DNA from: an uncultured archaeon
GTDB lineage: Archaea > Asgardarchaeota > Lokiarchaeia > Sigyniarchaeales > SOKP01
DNA length: 22,948 nucleotides
Reading direction: 5' to 3'
NCBI GenBank assembly: GCA_964525635.1
Contig: CAZGJX010000071.1
Span: 1 to 22,948, forward strand
Shown in pieces: positions 1 to 9,152 of the stretch (position 1 is its first letter; each line of letters opens with the position of its first letter). The position numbers and the translations under genes were made by a program. Under the pieces are notes generated by a model, which was not told where the DNA came from, did not search any database, and was given only the letters and a program-made list of their open reading frames with translations.

Positions 1-138
1 GATAGAATTTAAAATAGATAGAAAATTAGTTAAAATAATAACTTAACAGTCTTTTCAAATTAAAATCATAAATTATATAATTTTTATTTAACAATAATTA
101 TAAAAGAGAATTAAAAAAACTATTACAAATATTAAGAA

Positions 139-1239
139 ATGTCAGAAGAAAATAAGGATTTACTAAAGTTTTGTGAATATTGTGGTAATTCAATGGAAAG
201 AGATCGCATTTATTGTCCCAAATGTGGTAAATTAGCAGTTAAATTAAATTCTTCAAATTCTATAGATAAAGAAAAAGCTTCAATAGATACAACAAAAAAA
301 CTCGATATTCCAGAGAGAAAATGCCCTGATTGTGGATCATTAATTAAATCGATTGTACTTAATCAATGTCCTATATGTAACGCTAAATTAAAAGAAATCC
401 CCCGAGAACAAATTGAAAAACTAAAAAAAAAATCAGGATTTATTTTTACAGATAAAAAATTAATTGCGGAAAAGGACTTAATTATAAAATCTGATTCGTG
501 GAATTTTAAGGAAGGTATTTCAATATTTAAAAATAGTATTTTAATTTTTGTTATTACATATCTTAGCATAATTATGCTTTATTATTATTTTGAGCTTCAA
601 GAGGGTGGAGTTGAATTGAGTATTTATACTATTTACATTGATTTCATTCCTAGGAGTTTAATGGGGATCATCCCATTAGCGTATTTTATATTTAATAAAC
701 ACTTACCTAAAAAATTAGGATTTAATTTAAATAAAAAAAAAATAACTCTTGCTATATTTATTGGATTATTTGTAGGATTAGGATTATATTTACTTAATAT
801 AGTTTATGATATATTTTTTAGAGATAATTTGTTTAAAATTTTATCAGATCTTGGAGCTTCTATATTTGTTGAAAAAATAATTTTAAATATAGAAAATACT
901 AATCAAATTGTATTAAGCACAGAAATATATTGGATTCTTTTACTAGGAATATTCATTATACTAGAAGCTATATCAATTGAGATCGCATTCAGAGGTACTT
1001 TACATAATACTCTAAAAGTCAAATTTGGAAATGATAAAATTCAGAGATTTAAAGTAGTCCTTATTGTTGCTTTATTATATACTGCTTTATTTTCTTTTCT
1101 AAATCCATTCTATATACTTTTTAATTTCATATTGAATTTATGTCTTGGACTTATATATGAATTAACTAAAAACCTTATTAGTTCAATAATAGCTAGTGTT
1201 ACTCTTAATATATTAGGTTTAGTACTCTTCTTTTATTAA
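139..1239 (+). CDS. Double zinc-ribbon + CPBP (Abi/CAAX protease-like) membrane protein, probably catalytically degenerate
   Basis: Four CxxC pairs at the N-terminus (CEYC, CPKC, CPDC, CPIC), followed by several TM segments. CPBP-like motif IEIAFRG in place of EExxxR; final motif IIASVTLN lacks the His. Confidence 0.7.
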   Translation: MSEENKDLLKFCEYCGNSMERDRIYCPKCGKLAVKLNSSNSIDKEKASIDTTKKLDIPERKCPDCGSLIKSIVLNQCPICNAKLKEIPREQIEKLKKKSGFIFTDKKLIAEKDLIIKSDSWNFKEGISIFKNSILIFVITYLSIIMLYYYFELQEGGVELSIYTIYIDFIPRSLMGIIPLAYFIFNKHLPKKLGFNLNKKKITLAIFIGLFVGLGLYLLNIVYDIFFRDNLFKILSDLGASIFVEKIILNIENTNQIVLSTEIYWILLLGIFIILEAISIEIAFRGTLHNTLKVKFGNDKIQRFKVVLIVALLYTALFSFLNPFYILFNFILNLCLGLIYELTKNLISSIIASVTLNILGLVLFFY

Positions 1240-1353
1240 TTTTTTTTAGATTTAGATTATATAATAATACATTAATCCTAATAATAAAAAACTAATTTAC
1301 TCTATTCATAATAAAGCATAAGAATTTTATTTTTATTTATAAAGCTATTTTTA

Positions 1354-2085
1354 ATGGAGATAAGAAGATTGGTAAGGAAGATTTATCGAAATAAAGGAAG
1401 TAAGGATAATGTTGTAATATCCATAGCTGGTGCACATGGTGTAGGAAAAACAACAATTTTCAATTTACTTAAAAAAGAAGTAATTGAAAATCCAAAATTT
1501 AGGTTTTTTCCTGAGAGGTATATTAAAAAACCTCCCTTTCCTTTCGGATCAAAAAATAAACAAACTGCTTTTCGCTCAGAAATCCATTTTCTGCAACAAT
1601 TTATAAAACGAAATAAAAATATCAGGAATTATGACGAAAAATATAATGGGCGTATTATAATATGTGATCGTACACCTATGTGTGTTTTAATATATTCAAA
1701 AAGTCTTTATCTAAAAGAAAAAGATTATAATCTTATATTAGACACCTATAATTCTGTAAAATGGAAAGAGGATTATATTATCTATTTAACTGCAGAGCCA
1801 GAAACAATATTAAAGAGAATCTTTCAGAGAGGATCATTAGAGAAAATAAGAAAGGAATGGAATGAAACTGAAAAGGAATATATATCTAACATTCTATTGT
1901 TCTACCAAAATTTACTCTTCTCAAAAAAAAATAAAAATGAAATAATAGTTATAGACACTGAAAAATCAAATACTCAAGAAGTTTTAGAAAAAGTAAAAAA
2001 TATAATTTCTAAAGTGTTAGATTATTCATTTAAAAAACAAATCGAACCTCCCTCTAAACAAATGAATATAATTAAATTTTTATAG
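1354..2085 (+). CDS. Deoxynucleoside/thymidylate kinase family P-loop protein
   Basis: Walker A GAHGVGKT; DR motif (IICDRT); IYLTAEPETILKRIFQRG lid region typical of dNK/dTMP kinases; C-terminal QMNIIKFL. Confidence 0.75.
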   Translation: MEIRRLVRKIYRNKGSKDNVVISIAGAHGVGKTTIFNLLKKEVIENPKFRFFPERYIKKPPFPFGSKNKQTAFRSEIHFLQQFIKRNKNIRNYDEKYNGRIIICDRTPMCVLIYSKSLYLKEKDYNLILDTYNSVKWKEDYIIYLTAEPETILKRIFQRGSLEKIRKEWNETEKEYISNILLFYQNLLFSKKNKNEIIVIDTEKSNTQEVLEKVKNIISKVLDYSFKKQIEPPSKQMNIIKFL

Positions 2086-2171
2086 TGAAAAGTAATAAAT
2101 TTTATTAATAAAGTGTATTATGTTATTTTAGTAAGGAAAAATCATATATTTTAAATAAATTTCTTGAAAGT

Positions 2172-3194
2172 ATGTCGTCATTAGAAGAAGATATTAGACA
2201 AAAATTAATGCATCTCTTAAAGGATGAAGAAGAAAAAACAGATTTGGAGGATCTAGCTGTACTATCCCGAATTGGGATGAAAATGTCTAGTGCCAATTCA
2301 TATAATCTTGATGCGGATGCAATCTCTGCCTCTAGTACTGCTTTAATTGATCTAGGTCTTAGATTAAGTGAAGCAACAAATCATGGTGCTTTAAAAGAAA
2401 TTATTCTTCATAATCTCTCAGGATATTGTATTTTAATGGCAATTAATGATGAATATATGGTTTTTGGAGGACTCAGTGCCATTTATCGTATTGGATATTA
2501 TCTTGGATATGTTCGTGAATTAGCTAAAAAAATAAATATTATTATTTCGGGTAATCAAGTAACTAAAATGGTTTTAACCTTAGAAGATTCAGAACTAAAG
2601 AAAATACGAAAACAAAAGAAAGAAGAAGAAATTGAAGAGGAACCAGCTATTATTAAACCCTCTATTGAAGAGGATAAAGCTGCTTTAGATAATTTATTAG
2701 GATTCTTGGATGATTGGGAAAAAGAAGGAGCAGATATCGAAGATCTTGAACAAGAAAGTAGTTCTAATATTGTATCAATTCCAAAATCAATTATTGCTGA
2801 TGTTAAAACATTTGAATCCTCACCTCAAACAATAGATCAGACTACAGCCAAATCAGATTTTCAGGTTTATGATGATGAAGTACCCCCTGTTCCACTTGAA
2901 GATTATACACCTATGGAGGTGGAAGAAGGACAACCAGAGGAAATGAAACCTATGCCTCCAACTGAAGAATTTGCTCAAGAATATGCTGAACCAACAGTTC
3001 CTATTCCCTCTCTTGAAATCCCTCAAGAAGAAAAAACTACCTCAGGAAAATTACCCACTTTAGATGATTTAGTACCTCCTGATTTTGAAGCTGAAGCCGC
3101 TTCAGAATATGATACTGAATTCATATTAGAAGAAGAATCTGAATCTTTAGAAGCAGTATTAAAAGATTTAGGTTGGGATATAGACGAAGAATAA
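2172..3194 (+). CDS. Roadblock/LC7-domain protein with long acidic, proline-rich C-terminal extension
   Basis: N-terminal ~125 aa fits the roadblock pattern (LAVLSRIG...DADAISASSTAL...GALKEIILH...GYCILMAINDEY); the remainder is E/D/P-rich low complexity. Confidence 0.7.
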   Translation: MSSLEEDIRQKLMHLLKDEEEKTDLEDLAVLSRIGMKMSSANSYNLDADAISASSTALIDLGLRLSEATNHGALKEIILHNLSGYCILMAINDEYMVFGGLSAIYRIGYYLGYVRELAKKINIIISGNQVTKMVLTLEDSELKKIRKQKKEEEIEEEPAIIKPSIEEDKAALDNLLGFLDDWEKEGADIEDLEQESSSNIVSIPKSIIADVKTFESSPQTIDQTTAKSDFQVYDDEVPPVPLEDYTPMEVEEGQPEEMKPMPPTEEFAQEYAEPTVPIPSLEIPQEEKTTSGKLPTLDDLVPPDFEAEAASEYDTEFILEEESESLEAVLKDLGWDIDEE

Positions 3195-3536
3195 TAGTTA
3201 TATTGGCAAAGATTAAAATAATTAATAACTTCTTTTCTTAATAACTTTTTAAATAAATAATCTTTTTTGGTTTTATAAAATTAACAATTTCTTAATTTTT
3301 CCCTTTAAATCGCAAATTATCTGAATAATAAAAAATATTAATAAAAAGAGTATAAGTAAAATAAAAATATTTATATTGCCATAAGTAATTTCTCATAACT
3401 ATAACATGCTTGAATTTCCATAGATTTTCTTTTAAATTTACTAACAAATTTTGTAATGATCCTCTGGAATTTTTAAATAATTTATTACTTGAGAAAAAAC
3501 CTATGTCATTATAAATAGCTGCAGATTTTTATAGAA

Positions 3537-3833
3537 TTAATATCTTCTATCCTTACCAATTATGTTTACATTAAGAGCTTCTGGTCCTTTTCCATTATTA
3601 TTATCTATTTTTACATCAAATTCAACCTCATCTCCTTGATCGAGTTTCTTAAAACCATCCATTATAACATTTGAAAAATGAACAAATATGTCTTCTTCTT
3701 GGTCATTTATGGAGATGAAGCCAAATCCTTTTTTATAGTCGAACCATTATAATTTATCTTAGAAATTAAGATAAATTTTTACCCATCCGACTTTTCTATT
3801 GCTATTATCTAATTCATTCTTTTCTTCTGTCAT
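3537..3833 (-). CDS. cspA: Cold-shock domain protein, spliced: join(3833..3777,3746..3537), 88 aa
   Basis: Manual translation: MTEEKNELDNSNRKVGWVK|WFDYKKGFGFISINDQEEDIFVHFSNVIMDGFKKLDQGDEVEFDVKIDNNNGKGPEALNVNIIGKDRRY*. RNP-1 (KGFGFI) and RNP-2 (IFVHF) are intact. A 30-nt insert splits VK|WF. Absent from the ORF track. Confidence 0.9.
3747..3776 (-). other. Putative BHB/BHL mRNA intron (30 nt) in cspA
   Basis: Sequence ATTTATCTTAATTTCTAAGATAAATTATAA with two in-frame TAA. Inner helix TTTATCTTA/TAAGATAAA (9 bp); central helix GTAA/TTAT; bulges AA^A and AA^T; exon-exon helix AGTCGGA/TTCGACT. Confidence 0.85.
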
Positions 3834-4115
3834 TATATTTCATATAACAATTCTTTATTCGAATCTATTATTCTAAGATATATAAAAAAATTATATTTCA
3901 TTTTAATATATTTTTAATTATTCCATGTTTTTATACCATTAACTTTTCAAGATTAGTTATTCAAAATTCTATATTTTTCCTGTTTTATATACTATAATTA
4001 TCTCTAATTTTATTGAAAATAAGGGCTTTCATGAAAGTTAAAAGAATTAATGAAATCATTTCATATAATATAAAACAATAATAAATTAAACAATCTCTAA
4101 TTAAAATAAATAATA

Positions 4116-5477
4116 ATGAGTATTTTCGATAAAATTTTAGATATATATAGAGATAGTTATATCTGCAAATATTGTCTGGGCAGGATGTTTTCTTTACTAG
4201 CAACAGAAACCACTAATGAAGAAAGAGGTAAATCACTATTATTATCATTGACAATGGATAACCATAAACAATATCTTTCTGGAAATGAATCTAATAGAAA
4301 AATAGCAATTGAGAATTTACAAATTTTAGCTGAAAAAGCAAATTATCTTCCTGCTCAAAAAGTTTTAGAAAAAGAAGGTGTTTCAAATAAACTTATGAAT
4401 AATGAACTAAATTGCTATTTATGTAATAATATTTTTTTAAACCTTGAAGAATATATAAAGTATGCAAAAAATTATATTAAAGGAATAGAATTCAAGAATT
4501 TCTTAATAGGGACTAGTCCAAGCGCTAAAATTATCAATAGGGAAGATAAATTTAAAGCTAAACTTAATATTATAGAAGCAGAATCTTTTAAATCTCACCT
4601 TAATCGAGAAGTAGGAAAAAGATTATCAGAAGAAATTAATAGGCCTTCTGAATTTAATTATCCCGATCTCACAATAATTTACTCAATAAGTTTTAATTCT
4701 TTTTCAATACAATTACTTTTAAGATCAGTATTTATTTATGGAAGATATAAAAAGTTTTTACGTGGAATACCTCAAACACGTTGGCCTTGTCATAACTGTA
4801 AGGATGAAGGGTGTAAACTCTGTAATTTCACAGGTAAACAATATGAGACAAGTGTTGAAGAATTAATAAGTCCTGAATTCATTAAGAAATCTGTGGCAGA
4901 GAGTTCAAAATTCCATGGTGCTGGAAGAGAGGATATTGATGTGCGGATGTTAGGAACTGGTAGACCTTTTATTTTAGAACTTAAGAATCCAAAACTTAGA
5001 AGTTTAGATCTGGTTGAATTATTAGATAAAGTTAATATAATTAATAAAGATAAAGTTGAAATAATAAATCTTGAATATACAGATAAAAATCATGTTATTA
5101 AAATGAAGGAAAATGCAGAAAATACAAAAAAAACTTATAAAGCAATTGCAGAAAGTTCAAAAGAAGTTGGAATTACTGTTTTTCAAGAAAAATTAAACCA
5201 ATTAAAAAATATTTTTGAAAATAAAACAATTGACCAAAGAACACCACAAAGAGTAGCTCATCGAAGGGCAGATAAAATTAGAGATAAAAAAATCTATAAT
5301 ATTGAAGGAAAGTTTTTAAAATCAAATTTATTTGAATTTTTGATTGAGACTCAAGGAGGTACTTATATTAAGGAATTGATAAGTGGTGATGAAGGGAGAA
5401 CATCTCCATCATTCAGTGAAATCCTTGAAGTTCCATTGAAATGTATAGAATTAGATGTTTTAAATATTGATTATTGA
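4116..5477 (+). CDS. pus10: tRNA pseudouridine(54/55) synthase Pus10
   Basis: CKYCLGR N-terminus; GRYKKFLRGIPQTRW; catalytic FHGAGREDIDVRMLGTGRPF; QRTPQRVAHRR; GGTYIKELISGDEGRTSPS. Confidence 0.95.
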   Translation: MSIFDKILDIYRDSYICKYCLGRMFSLLATETTNEERGKSLLLSLTMDNHKQYLSGNESNRKIAIENLQILAEKANYLPAQKVLEKEGVSNKLMNNELNCYLCNNIFLNLEEYIKYAKNYIKGIEFKNFLIGTSPSAKIINREDKFKAKLNIIEAESFKSHLNREVGKRLSEEINRPSEFNYPDLTIIYSISFNSFSIQLLLRSVFIYGRYKKFLRGIPQTRWPCHNCKDEGCKLCNFTGKQYETSVEELISPEFIKKSVAESSKFHGAGREDIDVRMLGTGRPFILELKNPKLRSLDLVELLDKVNIINKDKVEIINLEYTDKNHVIKMKENAENTKKTYKAIAESSKEVGITVFQEKLNQLKNIFENKTIDQRTPQRVAHRRADKIRDKKIYNIEGKFLKSNLFEFLIETQGGTYIKELISGDEGRTSPSFSEILEVPLKCIELDVLNIDY

Positions 5478-5491
5478 AATATACATTCTTT

Positions 5492-6115
5492 TTAATCAGG
5501 GTTTTTTATACCATTATAAAGTAAATCTAATAAGAAATTTATTATATTTTTGAGTTTTCCTTCATCTTCTTGAATTCCTGGAAGTTGTTTATTAACAAAT
5601 AAAATCACTATTCCTTGAATAATTGACCAAATCGCAAGGTGAATTTTTCTTGGATCATCTTCACGAAATCGACCTTCTTTTTGGTTTTTAATTACTAAAC
5701 TTAACCATATTTTTGCTACTTCTTGAGACGATTCTAAAATAGAATGTGAACTATTATCATGCTGTTCTCTGAAAATAATTTTAATATAATTTGGATATTT
5801 TAATGCAAAACTGATATATGACCAACATAATTTTCCAAAACCACCATAAGGATCATTTGAAATATCATTTATCGACTTTTTTAAAACCTCAGCTAATAAG
5901 TTATATATTTCAACAATTAATTCATTAATTATATGATTCTTATCATTAAAATGGCGATATGCTGCAGTTGCAGTAACACCCACTCTTCTTGCGATTTCTC
6001 GTAAGCTTAAAGCATCAATTCCCTGTTCTCTAAGAATCTTCAATCCTGTTTTAACAAATTCTGTTTTTAAATCACCATGATGATAAGTATCTTTTTCTTT
6101 TTTCTTCATAATCAT
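5492..6115 (-). CDS. TetR/AcrR family transcriptional regulator (YHHGDL type)
   Basis: YHHGDLK N-terminus and HTH LSLREIARRVGVTATAAYRHF; divergent from an ABC operon. Confidence 0.92.
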   Translation of the reverse strand: MIMKKKEKDTYHHGDLKTEFVKTGLKILREQGIDALSLREIARRVGVTATAAYRHFNDKNHIINELIVEIYNLLAEVLKKSINDISNDPYGGFGKLCWSYISFALKYPNYIKIIFREQHDNSSHSILESSQEVAKIWLSLVIKNQKEGRFREDDPRKIHLAIWSIIQGIVILFVNKQLPGIQEDEGKLKNIINFLLDLLYNGIKNPD

Positions 6116-6154
6116 AATATATAAACATAAGGTTTGTACGTTTTTATAAAAATA

Positions 6155-6265
6155 TTAACATTGTTAACATAATATAGTTAATTTTGCTTATTATTAAAAA
6201 TTGGTCTATAGAAACTTAATATCTCTTTTTTAATATGTTAACATTGTAAAGTTAACAATATTAAC
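6155..6265. promoter_or_regulatory. Three TTAACA-N-TGTTAA-like palindromes, likely TetR operators
   Basis: TTAACATTGTTAA (6155-6167), TTAACATTGTAAA (6238-6250) and GTTAACAATATTAAC (6251-6265), all in the divergent tetR/ABC intergenic region. Confidence 0.7.
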
Positions 6266-6308
6266 TTTTCATATAAATTTAACAAACAATAAAAAATTTG
6301 AGAAAAAA

Positions 6309-7421
6309 ATGGTATCAATTTCGATAAAAAATATTCTACATGATAAAACACGATTTATTATTACAGTTATAGGAACTAGTCTAATTGTTAGCTTAATACT
6401 ATTTAACATAGGAATGATAATTGGAACAATCACACAAAACACAAGATATGTTAAAAGCGTTGATGCGGATTTATGGGTTATTGAAGAAGATGAAGATTTT
6501 TATAGTTTTTCTAAACTCCCGACATCAATGATAGATAGTATCAATACAATAGATGATGTTGATTTAGTGAGTGGATTAATGATTCAGGAATATAGACTAA
6601 AACATAATGGATATAAGAGTGAAAAAATCTCTATGATTGGATACAATATATCAAATCATATTGGAGGGCCATCAACTCTTATTTCAGGAAAGCACATCTC
6701 TAATGACTTTGAAATAATTATTGATCATAAATTTGCTCAAGAAAATAATCTGAAAATTAACAATAACATATCGATAACAGATCCTAAAACAGATGTAGAT
6801 TTTGACTTTTGGATAGTTGGATTAAGTGAAAGCCGTAGTCTAAGGGGTGATTATGGATTCATGAGTTATGATGCTGCTCAATCTATCAGTCCTTTAGTAA
6901 ATATCACTAATTTTATACTAATTCAAACTAATAATCCTAAACAAGTTCGAGATGACATATATAATATCATAAATGGAGTTGATGTACTTACTACAGGTAT
7001 GATTGTGGATGAAATTACTAGTTTTTGGTTGGGTGTAATGGGTAGTGGTAATATTTTTATGTGCGTTATAGCGATTATAATTGGGATTATAATCGCTGGG
7101 ATTACTTTATATACAGCTACGATCGAAAAGAGAAAAGAATATGGTGTTTTGAAAGCAATTGGAGCTAGAAATAGATATATATATAAATCGATTATTTTTC
7201 AATCTTTAACAATTATGATCTGCGCATTTATTGTAGCAATATTAGTGAGTCAACTATTATCATTGATCTTTACTATATTTGTAAGTAAAATGGAGATTTT
7301 ACTCAATCTTATAATTTATTTCTTTGTTTTTATGATTACTCTTATGATTGGAATTTTATCATCTTTGATTGCAATTAAACGTGTAGTAAAAATAGATCCA
7401 TTAATAGTATTTCAAGAATAG
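6309..7421 (+). CDS. ABC transporter permease, MacB/FtsX family
   Basis: N-terminal TM, large extracytoplasmic domain, three C-terminal TMs; EKRKEYGVLKAIGA and KIDPLIVF motifs. Confidence 0.9.
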   Translation: MVSISIKNILHDKTRFIITVIGTSLIVSLILFNIGMIIGTITQNTRYVKSVDADLWVIEEDEDFYSFSKLPTSMIDSINTIDDVDLVSGLMIQEYRLKHNGYKSEKISMIGYNISNHIGGPSTLISGKHISNDFEIIIDHKFAQENNLKINNNISITDPKTDVDFDFWIVGLSESRSLRGDYGFMSYDAAQSISPLVNITNFILIQTNNPKQVRDDIYNIINGVDVLTTGMIVDEITSFWLGVMGSGNIFMCVIAIIIGIIIAGITLYTATIEKRKEYGVLKAIGARNRYIYKSIIFQSLTIMICAFIVAILVSQLLSLIFTIFVSKMEILLNLIIYFFVFMITLMIGILSSLIAIKRVVKIDPLIVFQE

Positions 7422-7438
7422 AAAATTGAGGTGAAAAT

Positions 7439-8113
7439 ATGACGATTTTAAAATTAAGGAATCTTGTGAAGATTTTTGGAACAGATCATACTGCTATTAA
7501 GGCTGTTGATGATATATCTCTTGATCTTAAAAAAGGAGAAATTATTTTAATTTCTGGGCCAAGTGGATCAGGAAAAACTACATTACTTTCCATGATTGGA
7601 TGTTTATTAAGTCCAACATCAGGGGATATCATTATTGATAAAGAAAATATAACTAAATATCCTCAAAAAAAACTATGGAAAATTAGATTAAATCGAATAG
7701 GATTTATATTCCAACAATTTAATTTATTACAATCATTAACTGCCAGAGAAAATGTCCAAATTCCTTTACAATTAACAAGAAATAAGAAGAATTATATAAA
7801 AAAGAAAGCTGAAGAATTGTTAAGAGAACTAGGGCTAGAAAAGCGAATTAGCCATTTACCAAAGGAACTCAGTGGCGGGGAAAAACAACGTGTTAGTATA
7901 GCTCGTGCATTGATCAATAAACCGGATATAATCTTGGCAGATGAGCCAACAGCAAATTTAGATTCAAAATCAGGTCACATTGTCATTGAAATGACAAAAA
8001 AATTAGTAAAAAAACATGGATGTGCTATGATTATGGTGACTCATGACCATAGAATTGAAGATATAGCCGATAGAATTTTATTTATGGAGGATGGAAAAAT
8101 TTGGACAAATTAA
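7439..8113 (+). CDS. ABC transporter ATP-binding protein (LolD/MacB-like)
   Basis: GPSGSGKT, IGFIFQQFNL, LSGGEKQRV, ILADEPTANLD, VTHD; SD GAGGTGA upstream. Confidence 0.95.
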   Translation: MTILKLRNLVKIFGTDHTAIKAVDDISLDLKKGEIILISGPSGSGKTTLLSMIGCLLSPTSGDIIIDKENITKYPQKKLWKIRLNRIGFIFQQFNLLQSLTARENVQIPLQLTRNKKNYIKKKAEELLRELGLEKRISHLPKELSGGEKQRVSIARALINKPDIILADEPTANLDSKSGHIVIEMTKKLVKKHGCAMIMVTHDHRIEDIADRILFMEDGKIWTN

Positions 8114-8171
8114 ATAGTAATTATACTAACAGAGTAATAATAATAATAATTAATAAAAAAAGGGCAGAAAA

Positions 8172-8657
8172 ATGGATTACATTATTTCAAGTGTTATTAT
8201 AACTACCATTAAAACTATACCTATTTTAGTAGTTTTATTATGGCAAATGGGAATAAAAAATTGGTAGAAATGGCTTTTAATAATACCCGCAATTTTTCTG
8301 GTGGATTTAGATCATTTTATTTTGACAAATGTAATAGGTTTCGCTGCTGATCCTGCACCAGGTCAAAAAATATTACATATATTTCATACAGTGGAAATTG
8401 TTGTTATAGGAATTGTTTTTATTTTATTATATTATTTTTACATTGACCCTCTCAATGGACGCAATATAAAAGGATGGCTTTTTCCATCAGCTTCAGACTA
8501 TTCTAAATCTATACTGTACTATTTAGCTTGGACAATTCGTATTATACTCTTTGGATTTATTATTCATTGGCTTTTTGATCTTGCTATATATCCTTTCCAT
8601 CATAAATGGGATTATTTGTATATTTCAATTATAGAATATTTGATCAATCCAACTTAA
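8172..8657 (+). pseudogene. Membrane metal-dependent hydrolase-like gene (YdjM-like) with one in-frame TAG at 8265-8267
   Basis: ATG at 8172 is in frame with the annotated GTG at 8301: MDYIISSVIITTIKTIPILVVLLWQMGIKNW*KWLLIIPAIFLVDLDHF. Motifs DLDH, HIFH and HWLFD. Confidence 0.6.
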
Positions 8658-8799
8658 AAAAAATAATGAACTTCTGAATTTAATAATATAAAAATATGGA
8701 ATATTTAAAAATATCTAATTTTTTTTTTCCTTTCATTCTCTTAAAATGAAAAAATAAATAAATTATCATTCATGAACATTAATAAGAATACTATATAAT

Positions 8800-9120
8800 T
8801 TGGTGATTAAAATTACACTCCACAAGGGTTACAGAAATAAGACAAGAAAGAGATATAGAAAACACCCTCGAGAAAAGGGCCTTGGTCCTGTAGATAAATA
8901 TTTGTTGGATTATAAAACGGGTGATAAAGTAGATATTATCACAGATCCATCACAACACAAGCGGGGTTTGCCTCATCGACGATTTTATGGCAGGACAGGA
9001 ACTATTATTGGTTCGAAAGGAAGATGTTTGGAAGTAGAGGTGAAGCTTGGTAATTCCAAAAAGACATTAATTTTAGGAAAAGAACATATAAGACTTAATT
9101 ATATTTCCAAAAAAGATTAG
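8800..9120 (+). CDS. rpl21e: 50S ribosomal protein L21e (true start possibly ATT at 8812)
   Basis: HKGYRNKTR, GDKVDI, GLPHRRFYGRTG, KEHIR motifs; upstream of rpoF as in the conserved archaeal cluster. Confidence 0.95.
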   Translation: MVIKITLHKGYRNKTRKRYRKHPREKGLGPVDKYLLDYKTGDKVDIITDPSQHKRGLPHRRFYGRTGTIIGSKGRCLEVEVKLGNSKKTLILGKEHIRLNYISKKD

Positions 9121-9152
9121 AGTTTTTTTATTTAATTAAAAAAGGGGTATTT

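Noticed and set aside
3195-3536. Possible small ORF or ncRNA between the roadblock gene and cspA
   Set aside because: Very AT-rich, with no convincing start, motif or structure.
3747-3776. MITE/IS footprint or sequencing error
   Set aside because: No consistent target-site duplication or shared terminal repeats among the three inserts. Structured 30-40 nt inserts that pair with their exons are unlike sequencing errors, though a read-level check is still needed.
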